DNA of 64,000 nt from Anaeromyxobacteraceae bacterium (lineage in GTDB: Bacteria > Myxococcota > Myxococcia > Myxococcales > Anaeromyxobacteraceae), in contig JASGHJ010000001.1 of NCBI GenBank assembly GCA_047602405.1, forward strand, positions 1,664,001 through 1,728,000. The letters run 5' to 3'. Both the position numbers and the translations under genes were made by a program. Under the pieces are notes generated by a model. It ran no database searches, had not been told where the DNA came from, and saw only the letters and a list, made by a program, of their open reading frames with translations. Position 1 is the stretch's first letter; the number at the start of each line of letters is the position of its first letter. This document shows, piece by piece, positions 62,987-64,000 of the stretch.

Positions 62987-63964
62987 ATGAAGCAGCTCAT
63001 GCTCGCCGCCGTCGCGCTCGCGATCGCCGGCACCGCGCAGGCCTTCGAGCTGCGCGCCGCGCAGCCCGCGGCCGAGGCGCGCGCCGGCTACGGCGCCAGC
63101 CGGTTCGTGCTCGAGCTCGACGGGCACCCCGTCGGCTTCCTGAGGTCGGTCGCGGGGGGCGACGCCGTCGCCGCCGTGGTGACCGAGACCCCGGGGCCAA
63201 ACCGCCTGTCGAAGAAGCACCTCGGGAACTTCGGCTACGACGACCTCGTGCTCGAGGTCGGTGCGGACCTGCCGCCCGAGCTCGCGGCCTGGATCCGCAG
63301 CACGCTCGCCGGCACGTACACGAGGAAGAGCGGCGCGATCGTCGGGACGGACTTCAACGGCGCCCCGCGCTGGCGACGCACCTTCACCGACGCGCTCGTC
63401 ACGGGGCTCCTCTTCCCCGCGCTCGACGCGAGCTCGCGGGAGGCGTTCACGCTGGGCGTCGTCATCACACCCGACCTCACCCGGCTCGACCGCAAGGTCG
63501 CCGCCACGCGGCTCACGGTGCCGGGCTCGAAGCGTTCGACCGCCACGGTCGGGTACTTCGCGATCACCGTGGGCAACCTCGACACCTCGCGGGTGTCACG
63601 CGTGGAGGCGTTCGCCGTCTCGCTGGTGCTGTCCGACGGCGCCGTCGGCGAGACCCGCGACTACGAGAGGACGCCGGCGAAGCTCGTCGTCCCGGACCTG
63701 CTCGTCACCATGTCCGATGCCCGGGCCGACGGCTGGTGGGCCTGGTTCGACGACTTCGTCGTGAAGGGCCTCTCCACGGACGACAAGGAGGTCCAGGCCT
63801 CCATCGCGGTCCTCGACGGGAAGGGCGCGGCGGTCCTCCGCCTGGACCTCGACCACGTCGGCATCTCGTCGCTCCGGTTCCTCCCGGCCGGCGCCGGCGA
63901 GGACGGCCCCACGCGCGACCAGGCCCGCTTGTACGCGGAGCGCGTCGCGCTCACGTTGCCCTAG
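62987..63964 (+). CDS. Signal-peptide protein with tandem phage tail tube (T4 gp19-like) domains
   Basis: MKQLMLAAVALAIAGTAQA; RFVLELDG...KKHLG...YDDLVL...W...RKSGAIV...FPALDAS; a second unit FAITVG...PDLLVT...WFDD...SIAVLD. Confidence 0.6.
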   Translation: MKQLMLAAVALAIAGTAQAFELRAAQPAAEARAGYGASRFVLELDGHPVGFLRSVAGGDAVAAVVTETPGPNRLSKKHLGNFGYDDLVLEVGADLPPELAAWIRSTLAGTYTRKSGAIVGTDFNGAPRWRRTFTDALVTGLLFPALDASSREAFTLGVVITPDLTRLDRKVAATRLTVPGSKRSTATVGYFAITVGNLDTSRVSRVEAFAVSLVLSDGAVGETRDYERTPAKLVVPDLLVTMSDARADGWWAWFDDFVVKGLSTDDKEVQASIAVLDGKGAAVLRLDLDHVGISSLRFLPAGAGEDGPTRDQARLYAERVALTLP

Positions 63965-64000
63965 GGAGCGGAGCGGCGCAGGAGCCGCCCGCGGCGCCCG

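Overview
High-GC bacterial window whose gene content and codon usage look myxobacterial (Anaeromyxobacter-like; inference, no search run). The left part holds housekeeping and accessory genes: PAP2 phosphatase, class II aldolase, KdsD-like isomerase, Fsa/Tal, two DAHP synthases, an Ntn asparaginase, a hybrid kinase and a TPP enzyme. Next comes a fully overlap-coupled panD-trpEGDCFBA operon on the minus strand. From 31 to 55 kb lies a split, ROK-regulated beta-1,3-glucan utilisation locus (repeat lipoprotein, GH16, Opp-type ABC, GH149-like phosphorylase, GH1, a glycosidase/beta-barrel fusion), interrupted by a LysR/oxidoreductase cassette. The right end has an AttE/F/G/H-like ABC cluster and a signal-peptide-bearing phage-tail-tube-like gene. 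Top finding: trpE begins with an 8-codon ORF (MTVFLWRG*) carrying a prfB-like slippery site with a Trp codon in place of the stop (GGTG-TTT-CTT-TGG-C), and its +1 frame is TrpE. This is a candidate tryptophan-sensing programmed frameshift, although six other genes carry apparent +1 assembly errors, so it needs read-level confirmation. Also seen: a ~48-bp palindromic repeat family inserted in frame into proteins, three matching operator sites, and a ~260-nt candidate sRNA.
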